A DNA stretch of 63,861 nucleotides, the filler included, from Platydemus manokwari (lineage: Eukaryota), in NCBI GenBank assembly GCA_037951405.1. It is 6 parts of 6 records of this genome, joined end to end, with 100 filler letters (N's around TTAATTAATTAA, not from the genome) between each part and the next. Parts side by side here need not be neighbours in the genome. Positions count along the whole stretch, not along the records: positions 33,459 to 43,305 come from JBBMOY011197432.1; positions 43,406 to 55,030 come from JBBMOY010557774.1; 4 more parts are not named here. One strand, given 5' to 3'. The translations under genes and the position numbers were made by a program. This document shows, piece by piece, positions 36,084 through 49,634 of this stretch. Below the pieces are notes generated by a model. That model was given only the letters and a program-made list of their open reading frames with translations. It was not told the origin of the DNA and did not search any database. Within the stretch, counting starts at the first letter, position 1; every line of letters begins with the position of its first letter.

Positions 36084-39000
36084 GAAAGGGAACCAACACC
36101 ATTAGAATCTGCTAGATATACAAATTCTAGTTTCAATCCTCATGTTGTACTTCCTCCAATCAGATACAGGAGATTCGGAAGCAATATCAACCAAGACTCA
36201 TTCGTACCATTTAATGCGAAGAAGTCGTCTCATTTGATAAATTCAATGTCACATCATACTGTTCTGGACAACCTCTTGGCTACAATGCCTGGCAGCCATG
36301 AAGTACCAGATATTCCACTCAATCTCACACCTGAACAGGAGTGTGCTTTGCTACTCGAAACCAATTATCAATTGGCGAATTTCGACCCTACAAACCTAAG
36401 GGATCTTTATATAACACTGACAAATTCTGATGCCGACTTGACGGGATGTGTCAGCTATAATGATCTGTTATTTACATTCCAAAGGAAACAAGTATTTGAC
36501 ACATTATTTACTGTAAATATTTTAATCATTTCCAGATTCCCATCACTGAACAACTACTTCAACTGATTGCTGCTCAATTTGTTCCGAGAAATGAATTTAA
36601 GAAAGTAAACTATGAGAAGGTACTCTCATTTCTAGGAGCAGGGATGAAAATGAGCAATAGAGGGTAAAATAATAATTATGGATTTCATGATTATGTTTGT
36701 GAATTTATTACAATGCTAAGGAAATATAACTCATATATATATATATATATATCAAAGGCTACCTCCTGTTATTAATTGGTAATAAATAATAATAACTATT
36801 GTTGCGATTCTTTAATTTAAGATGTGAAAAATTTTTGAAGATTTTTTATATCAAACTTTAATGAAGTTCATTGTAAGGGCTAATGATGTAGAAGGTAGTT
36901 TAAAATCTCATAACAACGATAAAGTATTTCTGATGAACAGAAAATCAATAAGAATTAAGAAAAACTATTTATAAACACATTTCAGATACATAAAGCAATG
37001 TCGATTGAAATTCCATCCAGTAAAACAAAAGGCAGACCTCAATCAATAGAAAACTTCCTTTTAAATTACAACTATTTGATTTCAAATCCGATCATAATTA
37101 TCGATTAAATTCACAATTCCTCTAATTCATCTATTCGCCTTTAATTTCAACCCAATCTAATAATGAATTTCGAATTATTCAAAGAGATAACTTTCTTTAT
37201 GAATCGTCAATTGACCATTATTTTAGTTTGCTAAGGAATACCAATATTTACTGATAATATCTTCACAACACGTCGGTTTTACAAAAGAATAATATGAGCC
37301 TCACAAATTTCGGGCCTTATTTAGTGTCCGGCGTATTATTATTTATATACATGTAGCCTAATTATTGAGAAGTCTCTGGTCATTGATCGATTAAATATCA
37401 AGAATAATCGATATTGTGTGGTTAAAATATTTAAATAAATAGTAACAATATCGAAATTTACCCGTTCTTATAAATTCGTGCGTACATGCGGCTATTTTTA
37501 ATATGACCACCATAGTTAGGTTTTTGGAAAATGCCTTATTAGATGAAGCTGTGTTAATCGAGATCAGAAGTCAGAATCGAAAGGGGTTATGTTCTGAAAA
37601 TGTTGAAAATCTTAAAAACGTTTTGCTACATTAAGTCTTGCATAGCACGGGCTTTCCTTGTCACCTCACAAAGGTGATATTGTGGAGGGACTCTAATGTG
37701 AATGTAATAAAGTATTTCATAGTTTACCTTGTTAAAATCGGAATTTCCCAATTACTTCAGCTAAACCCATAGAATGTCTTGAAAGATCGAGGTTAAAGAT
37801 TTTTGGTAAATTTAAGCTTTCAATTAAACCTTGTTTGATTGAATAACGGGACCATAATTAAGGAATATTTGTTTTAAAATAAAATTATTCCAAAATTATA
37901 AATCCAAAAAAATGTTGAAATCAATTAAAAAAATTAAATTTTATCATGGCAATGAAATTTTTGTAGATCAATTGATGAACATTTTGCGAACCAGATTTCA
38001 AGATTAGATAGAACTACACCTCATCATTATGTCAGACAAAGAAGCCCAAGTCGAGGTATATATTATCACGATTCCTCCTGCCAAGATAGCAGGTAAAAGT
38101 TTTAGTATTTTATTTATATCTTTACAATTGGTTCTCTTTTTTATGTCGTAGGAAGACCATACATAAAAAATCTCAGAAAATAAACTTCAGTGTTATAGAC
38201 AAGACCATGAGACACCTTAAAAATGGGTAAAACAGTATAAATAAAAGAACATTAAATTTCCATAGTAAAATCTCATTCCTTTCTTTACCGATGTGCTCAT
38301 TTCTTATCTGAAACGATCGGTCACTATCGATCTTCGACATTTTAAGACTCTTCTCATCTAAAGAATTGTTCACATTCTTATAAATTTCTTTCCTCCGCAC
38401 CAGAAAAATGATTTAATAAAACCCGTAAAAAGTTCTATTCCTATATTATAATTCGTTATTATTTTTAAAAGGTTTATACTTTTATTTTATATATCGGAAA
38501 GGGTTATCGAAATTCGCTGGCTGAACCATTGACAATCTAAAAAATTTCAATCAATACAACGATTTGGTAATGCTTAGTACTAATTTGTTCCTAAAATAAC
38601 AACAGCAGTCTTAGAATTAATTTCAGCGACTTTATATTTGGATTCGAAATAAAAAGTCAAAGCAATCGGCCACATATGATATAAAATATAATGAAAAATA
38701 ATAGTATATTAACATAATATTATATAATATTCTAAAGAGTGATGAGACATAATAACAATAACTAACTCAATCGTTGTTATGGCGATTAGTAGACTTATTG
38801 AGAAAGAAAATTGCTAAAATAATTTTTGAATCAGGAGCTAGAAGAATAGGAAATTATGTTATAAAATTAGAAGGAAATTATACGAGATTGACCGAAGTTA
38901 GATACTTGGTGTTATACATGCAAATTGAGATACGGCATTATGGAGAATTTGCTGAAGTGGGTTTGAATTCATCAATTTGACGGAGATTTTTTGAAATTGA

Positions 39001-42000
39001 ATATCTGTGACAACCAATAGCANNNNNNNNNNNNNNNNNNNNNNNNNNNNNNNNNNNNNNNNNNNNNNNNNNNNNNNNNNNNNNNNNNNNNNNNNNNNNN
39101 NNNNNNNNNNNNNNNNNNNNNNNNNNNNNNNNNNNNNNNNNNNNNNNNNNNNNNNNNNNNNNNNNNNNNNNNNNNNNNNNNNNNNNNNNNNNNNNNNNNN
39201 NNNNNNNNNNNNNNNNNNNNNNNNNNNNNNNNNNNNNNNNNNNNNNNNNNNNNNNNNNNNNNNNNNNNNNNNNNNNTTTGTGTGCAAAATTGTTCGCTTA
39301 ATTGAAACTGCAGCCGACTGAATAGTTAAACTTTTTACACTGTCATGACTAACAACTACTGGCAGAGTCATTATTTTAAAGGTGAACAACCATGTTACAT
39401 CGACGCTTACAAGACGCATTGATAAGCAGTTAAATAGTCACATAATTGAGTAGACATGACCTATTGAAATTGATTGATTATCATATAAACCGATATGAGT
39501 TTTCGATTTTCGAGTTTTTCCATTGTAAATTTTATTTAAAAATCAATAAACCTGACCACTTTCATGAACGGTTTCATCAAACTGTGCTACCTGTTGGTCA
39601 ATCGATTTTCAATGTTTAGATAAACGAAGAATTCAAAAGAATGAACATAATTTTTATTTTTTTTTCGTGATTTTTAAATGCGAGAATTGATGTGATGGTA
39701 TTCTAATTCATTCAATTATATCAATTAAAACACATCCATGCAATCATTTCTATCGCCATGTAAATATTTATGATGATTTTACACGTGGAGACACTCGATC
39801 GTTGATAAACTAAGCTGAAATAATGTTGACTGCAAATAATTCAGCGAATCAAATTTTCTATACACGGAAAAGAATGATCCGGAAATTCTGAAGCTGCTAG
39901 AAACATCAGTCCGTTATCAATTCACTCCAATTAATCTTGAATCTCTCAGACTCTCATTTCAAAGAGCCGACAGATTACTTCGAGGAAGCTTATCAGAAGC
40001 CCAAGTATAATCTGATTTGAAATAATAATTATTTGACAATTTAATTAATTGGATTATCAGATTATAATAAACGTTGTGGAAAATCAATAATCTACAATGA
40101 ATTTCATTGGTCAATTTAGAATAATGGTCTTCAATTATTAATATTATTAATTTTTTTTAAATTGAATATGATAATTTCATTGGAAAAATAATTTTGATTA
40201 ATTTGCAATGTCAAGAATTAAATTCATAATAAAAATTTTAGAAACAATTTCAATGACAAGTTCATTTATACATAATTATTTTTATACTGCAAGGCTAAGT
40301 TTTAAATGGCACGTGTTTACTAAATTGTTGCAACCTTGAGATGACAAGCTGAAATGGAATTAACTTCCAATGAAATCAAAATTATACGTCTCATAGTTAA
40401 CTGAATTGAGTGCGATTGTGGCTCCACAGTTGATCAAATTATAGATTGATCAATACCAGGATTTTTGTTAATTAAAGACACAGCAGTGGGCAGCTTGTTC
40501 GATCTATAATATTAGTAGTGATAGTAATAATAATATTAATATTTGAGAGGATTAATGGAGAATAATTTTCAATGATATTTTCAAATAAGAAATATATTGA
40601 TGCTAAAAATATTAATGATCGATATAAGTTATTTGAATATATTGATTAAATATTCTTTTGTGATTTGAAATGCTTAGATTCATTTTTCATGAAATAATAG
40701 CAGCTACGAATGTTTAGTAAAGCTGAATATCAAAAATTATAATTATCAATCACAAATAATCACAACCGAAAATCGTCGTCATAATAGCAAGATAGCAAAT
40801 GATGTACTACGGGATAAGCACCCTAAAGATAAAACAAAAAACGAAACTTAAATATTGGTCATTAGAATAATCACCCAAAAGAGTTAGACAAAAATTCCCA
40901 ATCAATAAAGACTGGTGGCGACTTAAAGGACCTTTCTATTCATTCAAATTTATTCGTTAATTCTTATATTTAAAATCTTTTCCAATTTTTAATTATTTTT
41001 ATAATTAAGATAAAAGACCTCTGTAGTCAACATGGTGTCAAAATAGAAGACAGTACCATAGAAAAAGTTATCCATCGCTGCAAACAACGTGGTGGAGGTC
41101 AGTATGAGTAAGTGATTTGATTTTTTCATTTAGATTGCTTCATTTGAGTTAACAATGCTGCAATTAGGTCATTTATTATTGCCTTAACATCAATTTTGTT
41201 GCATTGAAGATTCTTGAAATGATACACATCACTGACCCATCAATTATTAATCGAATGAGATTGACAAATCAACCACGTAGACCTATTAACATATTGACCT
41301 CGGACAAGTTAATTGAACCATTATATGAATTTGTGGTTCTGAAAATTTTTATACTTTCAATCAATATTTGTTTTAGTTTTAACAACTTTATATGATTTTT
41401 GCACTTCTTGGGTCACAAATTTACTAGTTTCGAAAGGCGAATAAAAGATACTTTGATATAGTTTTCATAACCAAGTTTCCAAGATAAAATTATGATATAT
41501 AGAATATTTACCATTCACTGCAGGTGATATTATAAATCAGACAACACCCTCATTTGATAAATTATATTCATTCTGGATCTCGGTCACTTTTTTTGTTGTA
41601 CTTCAGTTATTTTTCCTCAGTTATAAATATATATTAATATAAAAGACAAATGGACTTTTAAAAAAACATAACTGTTGCCGTGGAGTTTATCGGAAATCGT
41701 TAAAAAATAATGATCAAAAATTCTGAAATGAGATATGCAGATTATACACACTGTCATATAATACATACCATACCAGTAGCCAATCAGTGATTTCTAAAAA
41801 GATGATAATTTATGGGCTTTCCATTATCCATTTGATGCACAAAAAAGTAAAAATAGCAATTCGCCAATGACAATGTCGAGAATAACGGAAAATTATCCAT
41901 CAAAAACAGAGTTCAGATGGTTCAGGCGAATACCAAATCATATAAAGTATGACACGGGTCACACATAACATAACTTATAAATAGAGTATAATTTAAGAAA

Positions 42001-43123
42001 GAATTCTCGGTCTTTCATAGTCGGTAACCTTTCTCGAATATATTTCATCTTATTTTTTCGGATACTGAACCCGCATGTTATCTGATTTTTTATTGGGGTT
42101 TAATATATGAAATTGATTTCGATTCTAGCCTTTTATTATAGTATATGGCGGCAATTTATATTCTACTTTTTGATACTGTGATTTGATAATAAAATAAAAA
42201 AATCTAGAATTGTTTCTAAACAGGCTATCATATAAAGGCAGTAGAGATCAAACGTTATGCAGAACTCACAAGATAAAACATAATCTTTGTCAAGATATCA
42301 AATTAATAAACTGTAAAACCCACTCGTGAATAAATTTGAATCTTGTATTCACCATTTATATTCATCCAGTCGGAAACTGTTATGATTGGTGTCAATTTCA
42401 ACATCAAAAAATTCATAATTTTAATGTTGCCTCGAAATTTCTCCTATCTCCTTTATTCATTTGAATAATGCACACTTTAAACGATTACCAATCTATTCCT
42501 TTGTAGAATATATCTTTTACATGGATCTGGTTTCAATATTTCTTTCTTCTTTCTTTCATTTGTTCTTTTAGGTTAAGTGGTTTGCTGGTTACGAATGTGA
42601 TTTGTTCTGAACAATAAATAAATTACCACCTCTTACGTATACATAAGGCCTTATTAAAAATCACGTACGCTATTAAATAGATGAAGATATCAATATAATA
42701 TATAATGCATTTCAGCTGGCAGGAATTCATACGTTATCTTGAGCGCGTTCAGCCAGTGCAAACTGGACTAGATATCAAAGCAAGTAGAAAGCCGAATGAC
42801 TTTATAAAACTTGTGCCACACCCTTCTAGTAGTTGGCCACATGCTGAAAATTCAAGAGTTTGGGGAAGCCCTTTACACAACCATTACAGGTATGTGCTGC
42901 GTTTTGTTTGAATCGTTTAAAGTTATTAATCTTAATTAGTTCGTCAAAGCCGATATTTAAAGAGACAAGCGAAATTTCTGTAAATCAACTTCCCCCTCCC
43001 TTGGAACCCAATAGAAGTTATGGTGTTCAGACGTTAAATGTTGAAAATGAAAACATGGATCCAGTACTATTGAAACTTAATCAATTACAAGAAGAAGTTA
43101 ATTACCTGAATAATAGAATTCCG
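36084..43123 (+). CDS. C1orf87-like degenerate EF-hand protein; six internal exons, partial at both ends
   Basis: Exons 36084-36491, 36536-36663, 39845-40004, 41010-41107, 42716-42889 and 42940-43123 are phase-compatible. They encode EF-like loops DADLTGCVSYNDL and DRLLRGSLSEAQ, plus VNYEKVLSFL and WQEFIRYLE, which recall C1orf87. The gene is cut by the spacer at 43306; the start exon was not identified. Confidence 0.75.
39023..39276. other. Scaffold gap (254 N) inside an intron
   Basis: Plain N run without the linker; exons on both sides remain in phase. Confidence 0.9.
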
Positions 43124-43305
43124 GTAATCCATTTTTAGTGTTATTTAAGACAAGAATTAATAAACTCTCTTGGAAATATTTTAATTTGTTTAAAAAATCT
43201 GTATTTTAAAATATATTATACAAAACTTTCAAAACTTCTTTATGAGCTTTTATAAGAATTCTCATTATTTAAACAACGTAGCCATAGATACCAATTCCCA
43301 AATAT

Positions 43306-43405
43306 NNNNNNNNNNNNNNNNNNNNNNNNNNNNNNNNNNNNNNNNNNNNTTAATTAATTAANNNNNNNNNNNNNNNNNNNNNNNNNNNNNNNNNNNNNNN
43401 NNNNN
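43306..43405. other. Artificial contig-joining spacer
   Basis: N44-TTAATTAATTAA-N44. Confidence 0.97.
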
Positions 43406-43414
43406 ATAAATTAA

Positions 43415-43982
43415 ATTTATTTTTCTATTATTATTATTTTGGGCGCGTTATTTATTATTTTTGTTGTCCGAATTATTTTAACGTTTATTATCATTAAAAT
43501 TTCTATCATAATTTTCATTAAAAATATAATTTGCAACAAATACATTATACAGATATTTAAATACAGTATACATTTAAAAGGAAGGACTTGGGAATTACAT
43601 AAAATAAGATACAGATTATAGACAATGTAAGAATCAAATCAAATGTAAAGATCAATGTTTATAAAAATCCTAGATCATATTGTTCGTCTAGGTCTACCCT
43701 CTTGTGCATTCCCCACCATCGGGAATGCTCTTCTCTTGGGTCCACTGGGATTGTTGGCTCCATCTTGACCGTCTCCTGGGGTTCCTTCCGGCCAACCTTC
43801 TCGGGCTTATCCCCACGATAAACCGTTCCATCCCAGTTGCCATCCTGATCCAGTTCGATTCTTTCATTTGCATTTGTGGCTGTGGTTGGGGCGTGATATG
43901 ACGTGCTCGGAGTGTCGGGTGGTATATAGTGAGATGTACTTGGGGTGTTAGAGGCGCTTTCCCAACACTTCCAATGGGTTTG
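43415..43982 (-). repeat. Coding remnant plus AT-rich tail, copy 1 (unknown element or gene family)
   Basis: Stop-to-stop frame 43982-43659 encodes ..CWESASNTPS..NERIELDQDGNWDGTVYRGDKPEKV..SRWWGMHKRVDLDEQYDLGFL*. Homologous to 44900-45477. Confidence 0.75.
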
Positions 43983-44899
43983 TTATGATCTTTTTGTTGG
44001 GTTTTGGGGCTGACAAGTCAGTATTCCCAACACAAGTGAGTTCGGTAAAGTTAATAAGATTTAAATTCAAACTAACCCTCTCGAATATTAGTCTATTATA
44101 TATCAAATATTTATTACGAAACAAATATTAATTATGATCAGAACTATATATTATGTGAATTCGAAAAAATTATAATCAAATCAAAATTAAAGACAATTTG
44201 TTAAAAAAAATCCACTATTGAAAACTATTACAAATACAAAGATTTTCTAGGCAATTTACAATTAACTATTATAAACAGTTAAAATATTTGATCAATAAAT
44301 CGGTACAACAAACAATTTATTTATCGCCCAACAAAAACAATATTAACTCAATCAATTTATGGTTTAGGAATGGTCGATTACACTTTAACAAAACGGCCTT
44401 GTAAATATGAATTTGAAATAATATAGATTTTAAAATATATCTAATTCAACTTTTTCAAATTTCGCACCTTTGAATTTGTATCGTTCAAACACAATATCCA
44501 ATATTGCCAATTATTCCGGAGTTGAAGTTTATGAGCCTTTCGGAGTTGTGAATTTGTCTTCGTGATACGAGTTTAGTCGTCGGTTGTGTTTCTTAGATTT
44601 ATCTTTCGAAGTTTTAATTAAGATTTTTATGAACGTAGATTTATGATTTTTGGTGTCTCTTAATATCATTTAGAAGTGGAAAATTCGTGTTAGAAATTAA
44701 AAATATTTTTATTCTTCCATTTCGAAATTAAAAATATTTTATTTTTCCAAAAATTTTAATTCTAAATATTTTAATAATTTTGTTTAATAAATTCTATTAT
44801 TTTTAGACTTAGACATTAACAGAAATTCCATCGAATTAATATTGGAATTTCTATATATTATTAGCTCACTTAAACAAATTCTAAATTTTTATATAAGTT

Positions 44900-45477
44900 G
44901 ATTTTTATTTTCGTTATTATTTTTATTTTGTGCACGCTATTTATTATTTTTGTTGTCCGAATTATTTTTACTTTATTTTACATTTATTTTTATTAAAAAT
45001 TTCAATTATTTTAAAATTGTAATTGTTGACCAAATATATTTTACATCAAATACGATATACATTTATATTTCAAGGATGGATTTGAGAAGTACAATAATAC
45101 AAGACAAAGCTTACAGACAAAATGAATTAAATCACAAAATGTTATAGTCAATGAATCAAAATGTAAGTTTTTTACAGATACCCGAGGTCATACACCTCGT
45201 CCATGCCTACATGCTTGTGTAGCTCCCACCATCTTGATGTTTCTATTCTTGAGTCTTCTGGGATCATAGGCTCTGTTTTCACTATCTATTTTGGCTTGCT
45301 CCAATCGACTTTCTCGGGCTTATCCCCACGATAAACCAATCCATCCCAGTTTCCTTCTCCGTCTAGCTCTATTCTCTCGTTGTTGCTTGAGGTGTTTGGG
45401 GCATTTGTGGCTATATTATTTGAGATACTTGGGGCATTTGAGGTACTTTCCCAACACAATGAAATAATATAAAACAA
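44900..45477 (-). pseudogene. Coding remnant plus AT-rich tail, copy 2 (one internal stop)
   Basis: Frame 45477-45172 encodes ..LCWESTSNAPS..NERIELDGEGNWDGLVYRGDKPEKVDWSKPK*IVKTEP..SRWWELHKHVGMDEVYDLGYL*. Confidence 0.7.
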
Positions 45478-45494
45478 AGAAGATCATATAAGGA

Positions 45495-47135
45495 GAACTT
45501 TTATTCTAAAGGTGTCTAATGGCAGTTGTGTGCACTTCAATTTGAGTCCCTGATCACTGGAAATACTCGATAGTTCTTCCTTTTCACATAACTAAAAATT
45601 AGAAAGATTAATGATCAATAAATGTAGGAAAGGATGGCGATTCAATCAAATTCTTCAATGCTGATTGAGGGGAAATATTCTTCAATATTATTTTCCAAAA
45701 TTAGCAAGTGCTCACTAATAATGACAATCATCTCGATAACGCAGGTTTTGTAAACTGATGGAAACATATCCAAATGGTTTACCATTATTCTTTTGATTCA
45801 TATGGCAATTTTTTTCTTAAAAGTGACTAATTTATCTGTTACCGTAAGAATATTTTCATTTCTGCTTTGCATATTGCTATTCAGACTATTTAGATGTCCA
45901 AATATCTCACTTAAGTACTCTATTTTGGACATCCACAATTCATTTTTAAGGAATTTACAAAATGCATCAAGTTCTTCATTTTCAAAGCCTTTAACAAAAC
46001 CAACCATTGGTGGAGTAACATGATTAAATAAAAAAACATGTTGTGTTTGTTTAAAAAATTGATTGGCAGATTAGTGTAGTTTTTTAAATAAATATTATGC
46101 CTGAAAGTGTTAATGACGTAACTGGTGGTGCTCCATCGGTACATATTCCCACACATAAATCCCAGGATAAGCCATGTTTTTCCAGGCATATTTTGATTGT
46201 TTAAAAAATATCTTGATCTTTTGTAGTTGTGGGTAACTTTTTGCAGCATAGAAATTGATTAATTATGGCATCTTCATTGATTACACGTATAATTGCAATT
46301 AACTGTGCATAGTTACTGATGTCAGTGGATTCGTCGATTTGGAGAGCAAAGAAACTATTTAGAAATTTGGTTAATATATTTTCCTCAATATTGTCAGATA
46401 GGTCAAGAATCCTTCTCTAAATTGTATTTCTTGTTCGGCCTTGTCGCCAAGCATGATTTTCATCATCTTTTTGCATGCTGGAAGGATCATTGATTCTGCA
46501 AGAACATGAGACTTCAATTTGATAGCAATAATTTCTGCCATCTCATATGAAGCCAACTGAGCTTTTTAGGACACAGTTACTGTTTACTAAAATAGTTGAA
46601 TTTGCTTGCACTTGATTCTAACAACCGCTGTTAGTAATCGACATTTTTAGTTTGAAGATTAGTCTGATTTGTAGTAAGATGCCTTTTTATCTTACTTGGA
46701 AGCATTGCTTCATTAGACAGCTTCATACGCAACACACAGAGGAGAAGGATTCTGTGTATCTCTAGTCCAGTGAAATCCAAATTTCAAGTAATCATCATTA
46801 TACAACCGATAAACCTTTGGTTTTTTAAATGAATTTGTGGAATCATTCTTGTCACCATGGGCTTTTCATTTGAAAACCTGTCCATATTTAAAGGTGAATT
46901 AAATCTAAAATTTAAGAAAATAAATCTAAGAAAATTTTTAACATATTTAATCATGTGTTTTATTTGTTTTACTAAAATCTTAAATTACAACACCTGACTA
47001 TTAAATAAGAAATATCTGTAAAGAGCTTATTGCTATTGTAAAAGAGGTATGGAGATTATATAAAGCATACTAACGTTTACTATTTAATTATTTCGCTGTA
47101 TAGTGGTGTCGCAGCATAGTGGTTGGGAACCACTG
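45495..47135 (-). mobile_element. Decayed hAT DNA transposon (Buster/Charlie/SPIN, ZBED5/ZBED8-like transposase), 3' end missing
   Basis: 5' TIR CAGTGGTTCCCAAC (47135-47122) abuts GTCTAGAC (47136-47143), the typical Buster/Charlie target. Transposase fragments from ATG 46885 include YLKFGF, ASYEMAEIIA..HVLAESMILPAC, FALQIDESTD, ICTDGAP, LNSLNSNMQ and EELSSISSDQGLK, with frameshifts, stops and an internal deletion. Confidence 0.9.
46014..46123. mobile_element. 110-bp nested insertion in the hAT transposase
   Basis: It splits GAPP/MVG codons, is flanked by duplicated GGTGG, and has imperfect 14-bp inverted ends AGTAACATGATTAA / TTAATGACGTAACT. Confidence 0.6.
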
Positions 47136-49120
47136 GTCTAGACCAATGCGATTTTAATCATTAAAGGGATTTTTTCATCATGTTGATTTTGAGTACAGTA
47201 AAGATTTTTAACTTTGCTTTTCTTACTATTTATTATTATTTCTGGGGAAAATGTTGGATAGTTAAATTTCTATGGATACTCATCAAGAGTGTGTAAAAAT
47301 AGCTTAGTTTAGCACAGCAGCAATTTCATAATCAATAGTCATCGCGTTTACCCGAAGTAAGTCAACAGAAAACAGAACTTTGTTTTGCATCGAGTATTCA
47401 GCGTGTTAATATTAATAGTCTTCATATAAGTTCAAACCATCTAGGAAAATGATTGTAGACATTAACGCATTCTTGTCAGAACTCCGAAGCACTACTGAAG
47501 AGAATTAAGCTAATGTTTTTATTATAATTTCATAAATTTGTTCCTATTTCTGTTATAACTAATATAATTGTCCCAAAGTTGAGTGAAATCTAAGCACATC
47601 TGTTTCTTTCTCATTTTCTTTGTTATTCAACAAATTTGTTAATGAGACGTTGTTTTTTGTCTATTTATCTATGCAACGTTGTTCGCAAGAATTCACCTTT
47701 CATTGGATTTACTAAAAAGTTTTTTATTATGTCATATTATATTATATTATTGTTAAATTTGGTACTACTCTTATTTCTTATCTGACTCCTTTTTTACTGA
47801 ACTAGTTTCACATTGAAATTTATCTACAGACACTTTCTGTTTATATATAAATATTGTAACACTTTGTACACAGCAGATATGGTAAAACTCCGATAACGAA
47901 TTGATTATAAAAGTGATAGTAGTGGACTAAATCTCAACACTTCTGCTGGATCACCAGCTCAGAATCTTTTTCTAGTTATAAAACTAACTTATAGAGCAGA
48001 TACGGTTACATCTATATTTACATTATGAACACAGATAAACTAGATATATGGCCAACACTACATACATAGTAATATGCTATTTCAAACCATTGCAACTACA
48101 CAAGTTGCAAAGTTATAGTATAAATCATATGATTACTTTGCAATTTGATTCAGATTGCAATGGAAAATCTCGATTTGACTACAGAATTTATACTTGTTTT
48201 GGAAAAGTTTTATCATAAAAAATAAGAAATAATTATTTTGTAAATCATATTCATTTTCATTATTTTTTAAAATCATAAGAATATATGATTTCAGAATTAT
48301 TAGTTCAATTATTAATATTCGATAGATAATAACTGCCATTATTGTTTGATCTCATTCACAGACACTGTTAGTTAATTTTTTACTTGTTTATTAATTTCCT
48401 CATTTTGAATCTTCTCAGTCTGATTTAACGTTATCTATCCATTGATACCTGAATTTCTTTATCTCTATTTCTTTAATCAAATATTCGGTGACCAATTTCT
48501 GGTTCATAGGACCTTTACATTTTTCAACTCGTCTTTTGTTTTATTTATGATTTTTTAATTTTTTGCATCACAAATTCTATCATAAATATACTTAAATACA
48601 CATAAATTCTACCGAAAATACTTAACATTGCATCCGAGAAAATATGAACGAATTAGACAAATAAAATTAAAATATTCAGTGATCGACATTTCTTTCTACA
48701 ACCAACTAACATAAAAGCTAATTTTATTTTTTTATCAATACAATAATTTTATCGAAATAAGACAGTCATCATTTTGTTTTTTCTTGTTTTAGATATTTCA
48801 GAAATATTAATAAGAAATCTAGACTAAAAAATTTAATAAATTCCTTTAAAAAATTGCAGAATGTTATGTTTAAATATCTTTTTAAGGAAATGCGACATTA
48901 AAAAAATGAAGAAAGTTCCAGCGTCAGTAGATATTGCGACCAGTAATGTGCAGAACACTACTGTCAAGTAAAATATAGATACGGCAGTAAAAGCCACAAG
49001 GAAAAAGAGAGTTAAAGGGACAAAATTCGATTCCAGCAACCAGTATAAAATTAAAATTTTTAATTAAAATGCATAATTTTTTAATTAAATATGCTAATTT
49101 AATCACCTTTACAATCACTA

Positions 49121-49634
49121 TGTTGGGTATATCACAAATAAATGAAAAGGGTCATAAGAACCAAGGAAAAAAGTCAACACACACAGAACTGTTAAATACG
49201 CGTGCCGTCAACCAATCAGATTCGTTCTAATGCTAAGGATCGACAAGCACATACCTACAAACGACAGCTAGATAAAATATCCGCCAATGGCAAGAGAGAT
49301 GCAAAGGAAATCTTAAGTAAATCAATCCACAAACAAATTCAGCAAATGGACAACGAATACTCTTGACATCAAGTAGACACCCGATAGGTCTATAAAAGAT
49401 GTTGAGCTCTATGAATTTCTGCCAGTCTTTTTGGTCACTAAGCTTATGTGCGATTTTAGTAATCAGTATTTTTGGTTACTCTTCATTTTGTTTTGACTTT
49501 CCGGTGCTGATCCCATCTTGAATGATTTTCTTTGTGAATTGTGTAAAGATTTGCTGTTGCCGTTGTTGAGACTGAGTGTGGTATTTTAGTTAATACAAAT
49601 TTTCAGATCTAAATTGTTGATTGATAACCCAACA
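49121..49634 (+). mobile_element. Solo LTR (probably Gypsy-type)
   Basis: TGTTGGGT...ACCCAACA inverted termini, 4-bp TSD ACTA on both sides, internal CTATAAAAG TATA-like box, and a second family member at 32263-32753. Confidence 0.85.

Noticed and set aside
38898-39419. ORFs of 173 and 104 aa
   Set aside because: They are artefacts of translating through the N gap.
44019-44031. CAGTATTCCCAAC as the second hAT TIR
   Set aside because: It is imperfect, is not flanked by the GTCTAGAC target duplication, and coincides with a repeated CWE-coding word of the neighbouring remnant.
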